This document shows, one piece after another, positions 1 to 11,346 of a stretch of 59,256 nt of DNA. The notes under the pieces are model-generated. The model was not told the DNA's origin. It worked only from the letters and a program-made list of their open reading frames with translations, and made no database searches. Source of the stretch: a virus (taxonomy: Duplodnaviria > Heunggongvirae > Uroviricota > Caudoviricetes). The translations under genes were made by a program, and so were the position numbers. The stretch lies in the IMG/VR virus record IMGVR_UViG_3300037510_000134; one strand, written 5' to 3'. The stretch's first letter is position 1, and the number at the start of each line of letters is the position of its first letter.

Positions 1-569
1 ACAATATCTGACATTCCAGATACATAATAAGCGAATTTAAACGTTGAGTTTACTGGAATAAATGACATGTCTGTAATATAAGTTACATATCCAGCGGCCG
101 TATCTGAAGCTGAAAGGGTATAAGTAATTGAATCTGGCCCCATTCTACTATTAACTGTTCCTGTTGCATGAGTACCATCAGTATCTATCCAAGTTATATT
201 TGAAGTGAATAGCATCATCAAGTTCCCGCCGCCAGATTCTGAACTTTGTGTAGACAATGTGTTAGATGAATAACATCCGAGTTCGTAAACTGTAAATTCA
301 TCCTGTAAAGGCAATGACGCCTTGAAATACAGTTTCTCATTTACTGGATCAATTATTGTTGTAGAAATATCTCCACCAGAATACAAGAACTCAAGTTCTG
401 TATCCGTGTCCGCAGCAACTGTTGCGCCAACACCGGCCACAATAGATTGTGCCCAACCTTGGCGTTGACCAGAAATTGCACGCAAAATTCCTAATTGACC
501 AGTATTAGTAATAACATTCCTATACTCTTTTACTTGATCGCCATTCTTAATTCTATAGAGTCCCTGCAT
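1..569 (-). CDS. Tail-associated protein, partial (runs off the window edge)
   Basis: Not in the ORF track. ATG at 569 overlaps the upstream gene end; the frame MQGLYRIKNGDQVKEYRNVITNTGQLGILRAISGQ... stays open to position 1 and follows the minor tail genes. Confidence 0.75.
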   Translation of the reverse strand, partial: MQGLYRIKNGDQVKEYRNVITNTGQLGILRAISGQRQGWAQSIVAGVGATVAADTDTELEFLYSGGDISTTIIDPVNEKLYFKASLPLQDEFTVYELGCYSSNTLSTQSSESGGGNLMMLFTSNITWIDTDGTHATGTVNSRMGPDSITYTLSASDTAAGYVTYITDMSFIPVNSTFKFAYYVSGMSDI

Positions 570-924
570 CTTTTGCCACCCTTATATCATATTCTACTGC
601 CTTTGCAATGTCCTGAACCTCAAGTATCAAATCTACTTTCGCTGTCCCGTCTGGCATAAACTTTACAATTTCTTGCTTTACAGAAATGATTGCAGGTGTT
701 GAAGGTGTTGGATCTTCCTGCTGCAATATGGACTCTGTTCCCGTTACCGATCCTTGATCTACAACTTCTCCTGTGATTGGATTAATTGTAACATTTCCTA
801 ATGGAGCTGACTGTTCAATTACTAAGCTCCGTTGATTAGGATTTAGATCAACTGGCATGGCTGTGTTAGGGTTGGTCCGTGCTGGACGACCAGGAATAAT
901 CTGTGTAGGCTTTATTTGTGACAT
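553..924 (-). CDS. Small minor tail / structural protein
   Basis: 123-aa ORF in the tail gene cluster with its own upstream promoter. Confidence 0.75.
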   Translation of the reverse strand: MSQIKPTQIIPGRPARTNPNTAMPVDLNPNQRSLVIEQSAPLGNVTINPITGEVVDQGSVTGTESILQQEDPTPSTPAIISVKQEIVKFMPDGTAKVDLILEVQDIAKAVEYDIRVAKDAGTL

Positions 925-931
925 TATCTTT

Positions 932-960
932 ATTATACCGCCTTATCTAACCCTGCGCAA
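932..960 (-). promoter_or_regulatory. sigma70-type promoter, probably leaderless
   Basis: TTGCGC-N17-TATAAT, then 7 nt to the ATG at 924. Confidence 0.7.
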
Positions 961-3900
961 AGTTACTGTAGTAGATAAACCATCATTATCAAAAGATGTG
1001 CTTCTTTCAGAAATAATATAAAGCCAAGACGATTCAATATTCGCATTTGCGTAGACAATATTTACCTTGTCTCCTATTTGACTAAATGTATTGGAGAATA
1101 CCTCAAGCGTAATAGTGTCCATAGGATCTGACCAGTGTTCTACTACCCAGTTACCTAATGCGTCGGCCTCCGCTTCGTTGAAGACCCAACTTGCATCTAT
1201 ATCAATTGACACAGGTCCATACTTTCTAATAGAACCTTCATTCTTTACCACTTTGGTCTTTTCACCTTTGTCTTCTAATATATATCCGTACAACATCAGA
1301 ACATGATCTATGCTATCTGTATCATTAAGCTCTTCTGTACCATTAACTATCTCGTCCCTATTTGAAGCGTTAGATAAAGTGAAGATACCTTTTTCTGGAT
1401 TGTAAGTTTGGCTAACAACTCTGACTTTATTATTGCTCAAGTATACTCTAACGCCCTTCGCCGGCTTAACATCGAAATCTACTTCAAAATCTCTTACCTC
1501 ATGAGCCATAGCCCCAAAGTCATCAGTAAATAGACCTCTATTATCTACCACAATAGAAGACTGCGTATACGCGGGATAAATTGTATTATCTATAGAGAAA
1601 TAATTATGTTTACTTGATAGATATCCGTTTTTAGCAATATCATAAAATGAATCATCTGTCGGAGTTATTATATTAACCTTGTTATAAGGGAAATTTCTTT
1701 CAGTAGTATATTCCCAACATGCAGACAATTCTTCAGTACAAGTATATGTCAGCTCTACTATTGATGCATTCTTAACAGCACCATCTAAATACACAGTGAC
1801 TCTAGTTCTTGGCTTAACAACTATAGGGCCAAGTTCCTTTGTTGGCCAATATGTAAGTGGTCTTATTTGAGTGCCAGTGTCACCTTTTACCTTCAGAGAG
1901 GAGATTGTGGCTTGAGCTGAACCCGTAGAGAAACTTAATACACTCTGATATCCATCTTGATTAGATGTTGCCCGCGCTAGATTCAATATCTTTTTGACAT
2001 TTGTTCCAGCCTCGAAGTTGAATATATTTACATCAAAGTTTTCATCGTTTGTAGAACCAGGATTACTATTTGATTGAGAACTTGTAGCATAGAAATAATC
2101 ATATTCTACAATGGATTTTTGACGAGCATGTACGCCCATTAGCCCAGTAGGTCTAATGTTATCGTTGGTTGTCCATGTGTCTACCCATCTACCGTCAATA
2201 TATACTTCTATTAATGTAGATGTTGCTCCCGATGGATCTTCTCCATGAGGTCCGGCGTCTTTAATAATTAAGTCTACATCGTACCAAGTTGCTTCTCGTA
2301 TTTCCCATAACCCGTCTGAACCAACTGCTGGTCCGCCCCAACCATTAGCTCTAGTAGAAGTCATTCTCGACATAGTATTGCCATTCTTTACTTCCAAGGT
2401 AACTTCATTAACTGTTCTACCAATCTTTTCTACAGCAGAAGTTGTGCAAATAGTAAGTTGGTACCAACGATTTGCAAGCAATGGATCTGTAAGTGTTGGA
2501 TTTAATACATCATATCCAGCTGCATCAGTTAGATAGAATATGATTCCTCCTGAAGAATCTCCAGTTAATCTTATTCTAGTACCTATTTCACTGCATTCGG
2601 TATTTCCAACATCACGTATAAATACACTAGAATTAATATCTCCATCATCTGTGTTATTACATTTCACAACAGAATCTGTTAAGGACCATCTAGTTTGGTA
2701 GCTTGTCCACCCTGGCCTGTTTACATAGTCTTGTAGATATGTTTGATTATATGTCGAACCGCCAGGCTGTACATATTTACCTGGAAAAGCTGGATTAACT
2801 GGTGCGCCTGCGGCTGCATGCATTCCCATCCAACCATAATTCCAGTAATTATAATGGGCACCCTGTCGACTAGTCTCATCTGCGTCTCTTTTGCTTACTA
2901 TTAATTTACCGCTGAACTTATTCTGGCGCGTAAGGTCTGATGCAAATGTACCGGGAATGCCTGGATTATCCGGATCATAGCTTAAGTATGTAGCTTTATC
3001 TAGTGCACGCTTTTCATCGTCACTCTTTACAACAGTTGTTGTCTTAACTGGAGGATTAGTACTAAAATTCCAGCTATAGTATTCTTTACCATCATACTCA
3101 ATCAATTCGCCATCTATATTTACCTTGCCTTGGTAAGGCCAAGTAATAACGCTATTTGCATTTAGATAAATATCTTTATAGCTAGTGCTATGATCTAAAC
3201 CATCAGCAGAGATATCACGAGTAATTGCAGCAGATCTTAGTAATATAGTGTCCTGGGCCTCCCAGAGTTTAGATGTATTAGGTTGATCAGTAATTTGTGC
3301 AGAGATGTCCGCCACGTCTATGGCAGCTTCCATTTCATTATATTTAATTGTCACATCGTTAGCTTGCAAATTATACTTTTTCTGTAAAGATGCTATGTCT
3401 GCTATATCATCATCTACTTCTTCCCCCTTGAATGTCCATACGGGAGTATCAGTTTCATTGGCAATTTGAATACGATTCAATAGCTGAACAACACCATATT
3501 CATCTACATAAATCGCTGCTTGATACGACTTACACAAATTATCAAGGCTATCGAATACAGTCTCATCACCAGAGACCCAGAAATATTTAACTACTGAAGT
3601 GGCGTCAAAATCTTGTGGGTCTATATTATAAGAATCGATGCCCACTGAGTCCAAAACCTGGCTTACAACTCTAGCAATCTGTACATTATCATATAGTCTG
3701 GCAGGAATCTTGGTAATCTGTAGTAACTTGAGTATATCCCATAGTTCTACCTGATATTCATATTCATTCACCTGTTGCCAGTCATTTGAGTATAATGTAC
3801 CTGTTCTCATTATGACATCCCCGCCGCCATAATCTTGTAGTCTATATTTTACATAAGTCCTATACTCACATCTACCAGCAAGTAATCCATAGAAATCTGA

Positions 3901-4788
3901 GAACTGATCTTGTTCATTAATCTTAAGATCAGTATTGTTAAATGTGATTGATCCATCTGCTGATACTATTCTGCCTACTGGAGTAATAAAGTCAACGTCG
4001 TCCATCTGGAAATTGACAGAGTAATTTAACACTCGTTGGGTTAGATCTATTTCTCTCCCCCCGGCAATTTCAACTATCTGTAAGTATTTACCTGGCTGAT
4101 CAACAGCTCTTACCTCTACCTTTATTTTATCTACACGGGCATAAATGGATTCATCTAACTGCTGTGTCTCCACCCAAGCCGTACCGTTCCACCAAACTTG
4201 TGCTTTCCCGGTTATAGGATCGACCGTAGGGTTTTCAATCTCCACGTAGCCGTCTCCTGGTGCCCCATCTGTATGTAAAAAGATAGACCAGTCTGATGGC
4301 GCTGGACCCAGATTGAACAAAACCTTTACTTTATTTAAATTAACATAGCCAGGGTATTCCAATAGTACTGTGCCTCTAGACACAGCATAGCTTGCTGGCA
4401 GAGAAGAGTCTTCGTCAGCAGTCGTACCCGAACCAACTTTTACAAAGTCAGACACTGTTGGGCAAATCCAATAATTGAATGCTTTCTCCGGATCTGATCC
4501 AGTAGTGTAATACCTCTGACCAGAGACCCCCAATGTAAATTCATCTGTAGTCCAAGCATCATTAGTAAAGGCAGCAAATATACCACTTGATTTAGGTCTG
4601 ATACTGTTTGACACAGATTTAACTGGGAAATACTTCTTACCATAAGCCCAGTCTTGATCATCTGGTGGGTTACTTACTGTTGGTTCAAATATATTATTGA
4701 AGTTCCATTCAGCAACAACAATAGGGGCACCTTCTATATGGTGCCCGCGCTTGATAGCTGTTTCATAAAACGAATCTAGTTCTTGCAT
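943..4788 (-). CDS. Large minor tail protein (tail tip/hub-like) with a probable lectin-like insertion
   Basis: 1281 aa, two genes downstream of the tape measure; beta-rich; the internal segment IEVYIDGRWVDTW...GLMGVHA...YDYFYA resembles a ConA-like fold. Confidence 0.8.
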   Translation of the reverse strand: MQELDSFYETAIKRGHHIEGAPIVVAEWNFNNIFEPTVSNPPDDQDWAYGKKYFPVKSVSNSIRPKSSGIFAAFTNDAWTTDEFTLGVSGQRYYTTGSDPEKAFNYWICPTVSDFVKVGSGTTADEDSSLPASYAVSRGTVLLEYPGYVNLNKVKVLFNLGPAPSDWSIFLHTDGAPGDGYVEIENPTVDPITGKAQVWWNGTAWVETQQLDESIYARVDKIKVEVRAVDQPGKYLQIVEIAGGREIDLTQRVLNYSVNFQMDDVDFITPVGRIVSADGSITFNNTDLKINEQDQFSDFYGLLAGRCEYRTYVKYRLQDYGGGDVIMRTGTLYSNDWQQVNEYEYQVELWDILKLLQITKIPARLYDNVQIARVVSQVLDSVGIDSYNIDPQDFDATSVVKYFWVSGDETVFDSLDNLCKSYQAAIYVDEYGVVQLLNRIQIANETDTPVWTFKGEEVDDDIADIASLQKKYNLQANDVTIKYNEMEAAIDVADISAQITDQPNTSKLWEAQDTILLRSAAITRDISADGLDHSTSYKDIYLNANSVITWPYQGKVNIDGELIEYDGKEYYSWNFSTNPPVKTTTVVKSDDEKRALDKATYLSYDPDNPGIPGTFASDLTRQNKFSGKLIVSKRDADETSRQGAHYNYWNYGWMGMHAAAGAPVNPAFPGKYVQPGGSTYNQTYLQDYVNRPGWTSYQTRWSLTDSVVKCNNTDDGDINSSVFIRDVGNTECSEIGTRIRLTGDSSGGIIFYLTDAAGYDVLNPTLTDPLLANRWYQLTICTTSAVEKIGRTVNEVTLEVKNGNTMSRMTSTRANGWGGPAVGSDGLWEIREATWYDVDLIIKDAGPHGEDPSGATSTLIEVYIDGRWVDTWTTNDNIRPTGLMGVHARQKSIVEYDYFYATSSQSNSNPGSTNDENFDVNIFNFEAGTNVKKILNLARATSNQDGYQSVLSFSTGSAQATISSLKVKGDTGTQIRPLTYWPTKELGPIVVKPRTRVTVYLDGAVKNASIVELTYTCTEELSACWEYTTERNFPYNKVNIITPTDDSFYDIAKNGYLSSKHNYFSIDNTIYPAYTQSSIVVDNRGLFTDDFGAMAHEVRDFEVDFDVKPAKGVRVYLSNNKVRVVSQTYNPEKGIFTLSNASNRDEIVNGTEELNDTDSIDHVLMLYGYILEDKGEKTKVVKNEGSIRKYGPVSIDIDASWVFNEAEADALGNWVVEHWSDPMDTITLEVFSNTFSQIGDKVNIVYANANIESSWLYIISERSTSFDNDGLSTTVTLRRVR

Positions 4789-4789
4789 A

Positions 4790-5215
4790 TTATACTTCCA
4801 CCAATGACATTTCTACATCATACAAATCCGTATAAATACTTCTCTTAGATAATGTACAGCTAAAATTATCAAACATGACATTAACCGTTTCAGTATTATT
4901 CTCTCCGTCAGTTACTACTAGCTGGAAACTGCCCAAGTGAGTATCATACCAGTTCTTAAGAGAATCCGCACCCATAAAGCCATCCGCAGTTTGTTCGTCT
5001 TCTCTTGGTAAATCTTTCCAAGATGTTTTCCAACTACGTTTTTGAGCCACAACAAACGTTCGCATAGTTCCATCAGCCATACGCTTCCTATTCTCTATTC
5101 TTTCGTAAGAGATATCTATTTCTGACCTGTTATGATCGGAAACTTTGTATGTGGTTACTGGGTTATCTTTAAATGAAAATCCCGGACCAATTGGCAGTAT
5201 TAATGGATTAGGCAT
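4790..5215 (-). CDS. Minor tail protein (distal-tail-like)
   Basis: 141 aa directly after the tape measure with a TAATG overlap; RRMADGTMRTFVVAQKRSWKTSW-type sequence. Confidence 0.75.
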   Translation of the reverse strand: MPNPLILPIGPGFSFKDNPVTTYKVSDHNRSEIDISYERIENRKRMADGTMRTFVVAQKRSWKTSWKDLPREDEQTADGFMGADSLKNWYDTHLGSFQLVVTDGENNTETVNVMFDNFSCTLSKRSIYTDLYDVEMSLVEV

Positions 5216-8200
5216 TATTTAACTTTTCCTGTTCTCTTAAGTCTCTTAATTCTTGCTTCCTCTATAGCATCCGCTACCATTGATTGTAGCTGTTTCTGAT
5301 TAAGATCAGATCCATTTATAACAATACTAATATTATCATTATACTGTGGTGATGCCGGTTCAGCAACTGCACCACTTAATGATGGAGTTAATGACTTAAC
5401 CTGAGATTGCAGACCTCTATAAGTAACATTGGCAACATCAAGAGCATCCATAAGTTGTCCTGTTCTGCCATATGTAATTATACTTTCTGCTTGATTTGTA
5501 CCATTATATAGATAGCTCAAACCTGGTGGTAGATCTCCCCCGCTATCATACCAATGAGGATGACGCGATAGCCACTTATTGTAAGCATTTATAGGATCAC
5601 CATATCTTGACTTAATATAATTAAGACCCCATGACGCTTGCCCCTCAATTGTTGATTCAATTGGGCCATTTACACTTGTTAGTTTCTGGAACAAGCCACG
5701 AGCAGTACTAGTTGGGTTTGCAGCATATGGATTCCAGCCAGATTCACCTTGGATCAAGTTATATAGAGCAATCCATTCTGCCCCACCAGCCCAGCCGTAC
5801 TTAGCCGCCATAGCTTTTACTCTTTGCTGAACTTCATCGCTCTTAGGCTCTCCACCAACAAATCCAAATCCTGGTATAGCGGCTCCAGCAGCAATCAAAT
5901 CGTCGGGAACATGGAAGAACATATTAAACTGTTTGTCGCTAGCGCCATGAGCATCCTTACCATATCTTACATGGTTTCCTGTTGATTCTACTGGCACACC
6001 CAATAGAGTACCAGCAGTGTGGCCTGGATTTCCACCCTTAACACCAATTGAGAAGGCTCCTCCTAGACCAGGAACGAATGGTCCAAATGGCACGCCAGGT
6101 CTAACCATTCCTGTTGAGAATATACGCTTATATGGATTATCCTTCCCTGTCAAGACGTTAGCAATGGCTGACATATAACCAGAACAGTCATATCCATTTG
6201 GACCAGCCGAACCCCAAATATAAGGCTTTCCGTCTTGCGCCTTAGCAAAGTCTACCGCAGCACCTGTACCACCGGTCATACCATATTGTTGAGCTGCCCA
6301 ACCCATCATGTTATTCATGGCGACACCTAGTAGACTTCTACCAAGAACTGCCATTACTGATCCACCAGTAATACCACCAATACCTACTGTTTGTGCTGAT
6401 TGTGGTGGAGTTCCTGAGGCCATAGCCTTTAAGTAATCTGAACCATATAGTTGTACAGCAGATCTTGGGAATACGAATTCGCCACGCTGTAGAATCATTG
6501 GCATTTCGTCAGAACCTAATGGTGAATTACCTCTACCATTACGGCTACCTGGACTGTCGTCTACAAGACCACCACCGTGTCGTGCACCCTTAGGTGAATA
6601 TGAACCCATTGGATTCATAACCATTCCAGAAGGAGGTGACCAGCCTGGTGGCTTCCATCCTGCTGGTGGTTGACCTGTGGCGATTAAGGTAAAGAAGTCA
6701 CTAAGACTTAGTCCAAATGCACCTTGAGAAATAGCTCCAGCCACTGAATTACCAAATGCGGCCCATTGTGCATTATTAGACATTTCAGCTCTTGCTCTGT
6801 CAACATTGTTCTGTAGAGCATTACCAATGATCTGTCCCCAATATCCACCAGCAGTTTGTAGATTTAAACCATAGTTTGCATATGCACTTGAAATTCTAGC
6901 TACGTGCGCTGCAAGCTCAGCTTCATTTTGAGGCACAAAGGCTTTAAGGGTAGCAAGTTCAATTTCAAGCGTACGTCTATCCATAGCTTGCTTTTTACGC
7001 TCAGTTTCTTCAGCCGATGCTTGTTCTTTAGCCAATGAATCTAACTTATTCTGTAAACGTTCTTTTTCAAGTTCTTTTTGAACCTCCATTGACTTCTTGA
7101 CAGCAGCTTCTTCTTCAGCAAGCGCATCTAGTCTGGCCTGCTTTTGTTTCTGAGCAAGTTCTTTTGATGCGTTTAGTTCTTCTACTTGATTCTTAGATAA
7201 CAAAGAACTCTGTTCACGTGCATCGTCTACATTCCATCCAACTGTTACAGCCTCAGTATTATTCATTACTCTGGCAGCTTCGTCTAGTTGTCCCGAGGCA
7301 AGTGCACGATTGTAATCAATATTTCTATTTGCAAGTTCTGCTAAACGTTCAATACGCTTCTTTTCTGCTTCAAATTGACGCTGTCTAGCATCTTCACGAT
7401 CCTGTTCAGCCTTGATCTGATTATCAATTGAATCTATTTGAGCCTGGGATTCATCCTCAATAGCCTTCTTACGATCATCGTATGCTTGAGCTGTTTGCTC
7501 CATACGATCATCCCAAGACTTATCTAGGGCCTCTACTTGATTTTGAATTGCTTCTCGTCTATCTTCAAACGACTTTGTAATGGCATCTAGTCTCGCTTGC
7601 CACTGTTCCTGCGCTTGATCTGCCATAGCACTATAAATGTCATTCATAGCACCAGAGTAAATACCCTTTACGGAGTCAGTGAGAGATTGAGCTTGTGATA
7701 ATACATCTCCGCCTAACGAATCGGCAAATCCTCCTTCGCCTTGAGTTGTACTATTCCAGAAATCATCCGCCGCGCCGGTGAAGCTTTTCATTTGATCAAT
7801 AAATATCTGCATTGCGTATGCTTGGTCTTGTGTTGAGCTTGCTGCCTTCTTGTTTGATTCAGCATATCCATTGTTAGCTAATGTAGCAGCATCTAGACCA
7901 AACTGAGTAGCAAGTAATTGCGCTAGCTTGTTCTTTTCTTCTTGACTAAGCTCCTTGCCATTATCCTTTGCTTCCTTTAATGCTTTATTGTAGGCATCCT
8001 GAGCTTGTGCCGCTGTAATGTTACCATTTGTAACATATGGCATTATGTCAGATAAGATTGAGAACGATTTGTATTTATCTTCCGACACTCCCAGCGTTTT
8101 TGCTATAGCTTGAGTTAGGCGCTGCTCAGTATCGATCATGATTTCCATTTGATGAACTTCGTTGCCGCCTACCTTTAGACCTGCGTTCTTGATAGCATCA

Positions 8201-11200
8201 TTATTTGCTACCCACTTGTTGTCATCGGCATCCCAAGTAAAGAATTTCTTCTTAGCATCTTTCCAGTTCTTCGCAATGTTTTTGCCATAATCTTTTTCTA
8301 GCTTATTAAAGGCATCGTCAAAACTGTGGTTCATACTGTCTGCCCATTTTTGGGCAAACAATGCACGTTGAGCAGGATCTAAACCAGCAAGTCTGTCATA
8401 AAACAAACCAGCAAGTCTTTGTGCGCTTTGATCCTGTTGTGGACTACGCTTATCAGACCATTCTGGGGTTGATGGCATATCAAATACCCAACCCTTTAAT
8501 TCTTTATCTAGGTCACCTTTTGTTGTCGCAATGAACTGTTTTAAGTCTTTTTCCCCGCCAGCGAAGTCGAACTTTACTTCGATGTTTCCCAGTATTTTAT
8601 CTATTTCTTTACGGCTACGACCAGCAGCTTGCAAAAGAGCATCCAGGCTGTTAAGGATTTCCTTTTTGTTTAATCCTTGACCTTCAAGCTTCAAAGCTTC
8701 ACGTTCGGTAAGCGTCTCTAGATATCTTGGCCCCGCATTCGCCATTTCTCCAACAAGATCTGGCATTTCTTCTCGCATCTTCTTGACAATAGAATCAATA
8801 TTGTCTTTTACTTCTCCAGAGTCGTCACGAATCTGACCCCACTCTACCTTGGTCTTGTTTAATAGCTTCATCCAAGAATCGGTGGAATCTACCATGGCTT
8901 GCTGATGTCTATTTTGCTCTTCCTGTGTCGCGTTTATTAGCTTAGTAATTCCCCAGATCGCCGCTAAAGCGCCACCGATTGCTAGCCCCCATGGACCCAT
9001 TATAAATGATGATAAGCCGGATAGAGCAGTTTTTCCACCCGCCAAAAGCTTGCTTCCAAAACCCTTAGCTGCATTAGCAAATGATCCTGCCATTGAAGCT
9101 GCTGCCTGAGCTGAAGCCCATCCTTTTATCTTTTGTCCAATACTAGTTACCAAAGGCAATATGCCGCCAAGCGCAACAGAAGCCAACGAAATCCAGTTAA
9201 GCCAATTTGATAATCCTGAACCTGTTTCAGTTACCATTCCCGCTAAGGCAGTTGCTGCACCAACACCTATTAGTGTTTCTGAATTAAATATTTTCTGGAA
9301 TCTGCCTGCCTTTTGTGTCTGAGCTGCAACTGCCTGCATATTTGTTGCACCTTGGGCAATTAGTTGATTAGTTTGAGCAGACCAAGCATTTGTACCTAGT
9401 AGTGGAGATCCGCCTTGCGGCGCATTGAATCCGCCAATAGGCATTGTCATACCCTTGGTCATGCCAGGAGTTGTATAACCATGCAAGTTAAAACCAGTTG
9501 GATTTGGCACATTAAGAGCCATAGCCATCCCTTGTGCAGCATTTGTTGTTTCTATATATGCTGCACGAAGCTTATCCATCTGATAAATAAGGACTTGAGT
9601 AGTATCGGCCTGGCTCATCATCTTTGTATTTAGAGTACCAGCCGCTAATTCCGCAGCCCTTTCTTCAATAGTCATTGACTTATATTTGGAACGAGCGCCT
9701 GTTACTACAGCTAGCACCTTCGTGATTGTACCTAGGAAGTTACCTAGAATACCTATTATCATTGTTACAGGACCAGCTAGAGCTAATATACCACCGCCGC
9801 CTATAAGGAACATTTTGACAATGTCTGGCATGTTATTGAAGAATTCAAATACCTTTGTTGCTGCCTGTACGATTCCTGTTGCTACACGAAGGATTATATT
9901 ACCAGTCTGAATGAACTCTGCCTTAAATGACTCTACTGCAATACGCCACTGTCCCGAAGCGGATTCAGTAATAGACTTCATTGAACGAGCAGTACGTGCA
10001 GCCCATTCTTCTGGTGACTGTTCCCCAATCTCTTTTGTTAGAGCGACAGAACCATTCTTGTCTTGCAGACCACTTAATAGAGCAGTAATACGTGAAGACT
10101 GATATGTTCCAACTAACTTAGAGATTATTCGTTGCTGATCAGATAGTGCAACATTACCACCCATAATAACGTCAGATAGTGCCTGGAAGGTCTCTAGAGG
10201 CTTTCCCTCGGTTGATTTAACAAGGCCAGGCAAATCTTTTCCTGTTAGTTCCTTAAACAATGCACTAGCAGCGGCAGTTGGAGACAAGATTCTGTTCATC
10301 GCTGTCTTAATAGCGTTTGCACCTTCTACTGTAGCGATGCCCTTTTCACGGAATGCTGTCAATAGCACCGTAGTGTCTTGTAGAGTTCCGCCCAGTTGCG
10401 CGACTTGTACACCCGCAATAGGAATTGCATCTACAAGATCTTGTAGCTTTGTAGGTGTCTGATCTTCAACACTATTCAAATAATCAACAGATTTCGCCAA
10501 ATCATCTGTTGACAACTTGAAGATCTGTTGAATTGAAATCATACCTTTAATAGCTTCCTGTTGATCCATATCTCCTAGGGTAGCTAGTTCTTGAGACAGC
10601 TTAGTCATAGATTGAAGCATTGGACCTTGGAAACCTGCTGCTGCTAGTTCAGCCATTACACTTAGAGAAGACTCAATTGTCTGACCCATAGTGTTTGTAA
10701 TTTCTTTAGCAGTATTCATGGCTTTTTCACGGAAGCCATCTAAATTGTCGTTAACGACCTTTTCTACTCTTACCATAGATGCATCGATCTTATTTGCATA
10801 CATGGCGGCTGCGGCTGCACCCATAGTGAATGGTACAGTCATACCAACCATCATCTGACGACCGGCCCATTGAGTATTCTTACCCCAATCTTGAACCTTT
10901 TGTCCTAGACCATGCAGTACTTCTGCTTGAACAGCTAGTTTTCTATTAGCCAATTCAGTTGTTGACGCTAGACTCTTCATAGAGTTTGCTGCTGGAATTG
11001 TCACAGCAGTAGCGCCACCGGCTAGTGGTGTTGCGAATGCTCTTGATATTCTTGCCTGATGCTGCGCTAACTCATTTGTTCTATTTCTTAGAACATCAAA
11101 GAATTCTGTTGCACTTAATTTACCCTTTTGTATATTCTTAACAAGTTGATCTGTTTGACGGAGACCTTCTTGCCATTGAAACTTAGGAGCTACAATGCTT

Positions 11201-11346
11201 TTAGTTAAACCCGCGACATTTACAGCATTAAGTGCATTGACATTAGCTGCTAAACCTCTAACGGCACTATTCAAGCCATTAATAACATTAATAGCCTGTG
11301 TGCCGTTAGCAGTTACATTAAAACTAATGCCAATTGGTGTAGTTAT
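5215..11346 (-). CDS. Tape measure protein with C-terminal NlpC/P60 and lytic transglycosylase domains
   Basis: More than 2000 aa, Ala/Gly-rich helical with a hydrophobic segment; GKPYIWGSAGPNGYDCSG...GHT (NlpC/P60 Cys-His) and LIQGESGWNPYAANPTSTARGLFQ (SLT). The track starts at TTG 11274, but the frame is open to an ATA at 11346 (see findings). Confidence 0.93.
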   Translation of the reverse strand: MTTPIGISFNVTANGTQAINVINGLNSAVRGLAANVNALNAVNVAGLTKSIVAPKFQWQEGLRQTDQLVKNIQKGKLSATEFFDVLRNRTNELAQHQARISRAFATPLAGGATAVTIPAANSMKSLASTTELANRKLAVQAEVLHGLGQKVQDWGKNTQWAGRQMMVGMTVPFTMGAAAAAMYANKIDASMVRVEKVVNDNLDGFREKAMNTAKEITNTMGQTIESSLSVMAELAAAGFQGPMLQSMTKLSQELATLGDMDQQEAIKGMISIQQIFKLSTDDLAKSVDYLNSVEDQTPTKLQDLVDAIPIAGVQVAQLGGTLQDTTVLLTAFREKGIATVEGANAIKTAMNRILSPTAAASALFKELTGKDLPGLVKSTEGKPLETFQALSDVIMGGNVALSDQQRIISKLVGTYQSSRITALLSGLQDKNGSVALTKEIGEQSPEEWAARTARSMKSITESASGQWRIAVESFKAEFIQTGNIILRVATGIVQAATKVFEFFNNMPDIVKMFLIGGGGILALAGPVTMIIGILGNFLGTITKVLAVVTGARSKYKSMTIEERAAELAAGTLNTKMMSQADTTQVLIYQMDKLRAAYIETTNAAQGMAMALNVPNPTGFNLHGYTTPGMTKGMTMPIGGFNAPQGGSPLLGTNAWSAQTNQLIAQGATNMQAVAAQTQKAGRFQKIFNSETLIGVGAATALAGMVTETGSGLSNWLNWISLASVALGGILPLVTSIGQKIKGWASAQAAASMAGSFANAAKGFGSKLLAGGKTALSGLSSFIMGPWGLAIGGALAAIWGITKLINATQEEQNRHQQAMVDSTDSWMKLLNKTKVEWGQIRDDSGEVKDNIDSIVKKMREEMPDLVGEMANAGPRYLETLTEREALKLEGQGLNKKEILNSLDALLQAAGRSRKEIDKILGNIEVKFDFAGGEKDLKQFIATTKGDLDKELKGWVFDMPSTPEWSDKRSPQQDQSAQRLAGLFYDRLAGLDPAQRALFAQKWADSMNHSFDDAFNKLEKDYGKNIAKNWKDAKKKFFTWDADDNKWVANNDAIKNAGLKVGGNEVHQMEIMIDTEQRLTQAIAKTLGVSEDKYKSFSILSDIMPYVTNGNITAAQAQDAYNKALKEAKDNGKELSQEEKNKLAQLLATQFGLDAATLANNGYAESNKKAASSTQDQAYAMQIFIDQMKSFTGAADDFWNSTTQGEGGFADSLGGDVLSQAQSLTDSVKGIYSGAMNDIYSAMADQAQEQWQARLDAITKSFEDRREAIQNQVEALDKSWDDRMEQTAQAYDDRKKAIEDESQAQIDSIDNQIKAEQDREDARQRQFEAEKKRIERLAELANRNIDYNRALASGQLDEAARVMNNTEAVTVGWNVDDAREQSSLLSKNQVEELNASKELAQKQKQARLDALAEEEAAVKKSMEVQKELEKERLQNKLDSLAKEQASAEETERKKQAMDRRTLEIELATLKAFVPQNEAELAAHVARISSAYANYGLNLQTAGGYWGQIIGNALQNNVDRARAEMSNNAQWAAFGNSVAGAISQGAFGLSLSDFFTLIATGQPPAGWKPPGWSPPSGMVMNPMGSYSPKGARHGGGLVDDSPGSRNGRGNSPLGSDEMPMILQRGEFVFPRSAVQLYGSDYLKAMASGTPPQSAQTVGIGGITGGSVMAVLGRSLLGVAMNNMMGWAAQQYGMTGGTGAAVDFAKAQDGKPYIWGSAGPNGYDCSGYMSAIANVLTGKDNPYKRIFSTGMVRPGVPFGPFVPGLGGAFSIGVKGGNPGHTAGTLLGVPVESTGNHVRYGKDAHGASDKQFNMFFHVPDDLIAAGAAIPGFGFVGGEPKSDEVQQRVKAMAAKYGWAGGAEWIALYNLIQGESGWNPYAANPTSTARGLFQKLTSVNGPIESTIEGQASWGLNYIKSRYGDPINAYNKWLSRHPHWYDSGGDLPPGLSYLYNGTNQAESIITYGRTGQLMDALDVANVTYRGLQSQVKSLTPSLSGAVAEPASPQYNDNISIVINGSDLNQKQLQSMVADAIEEARIKRLKRTGKVK

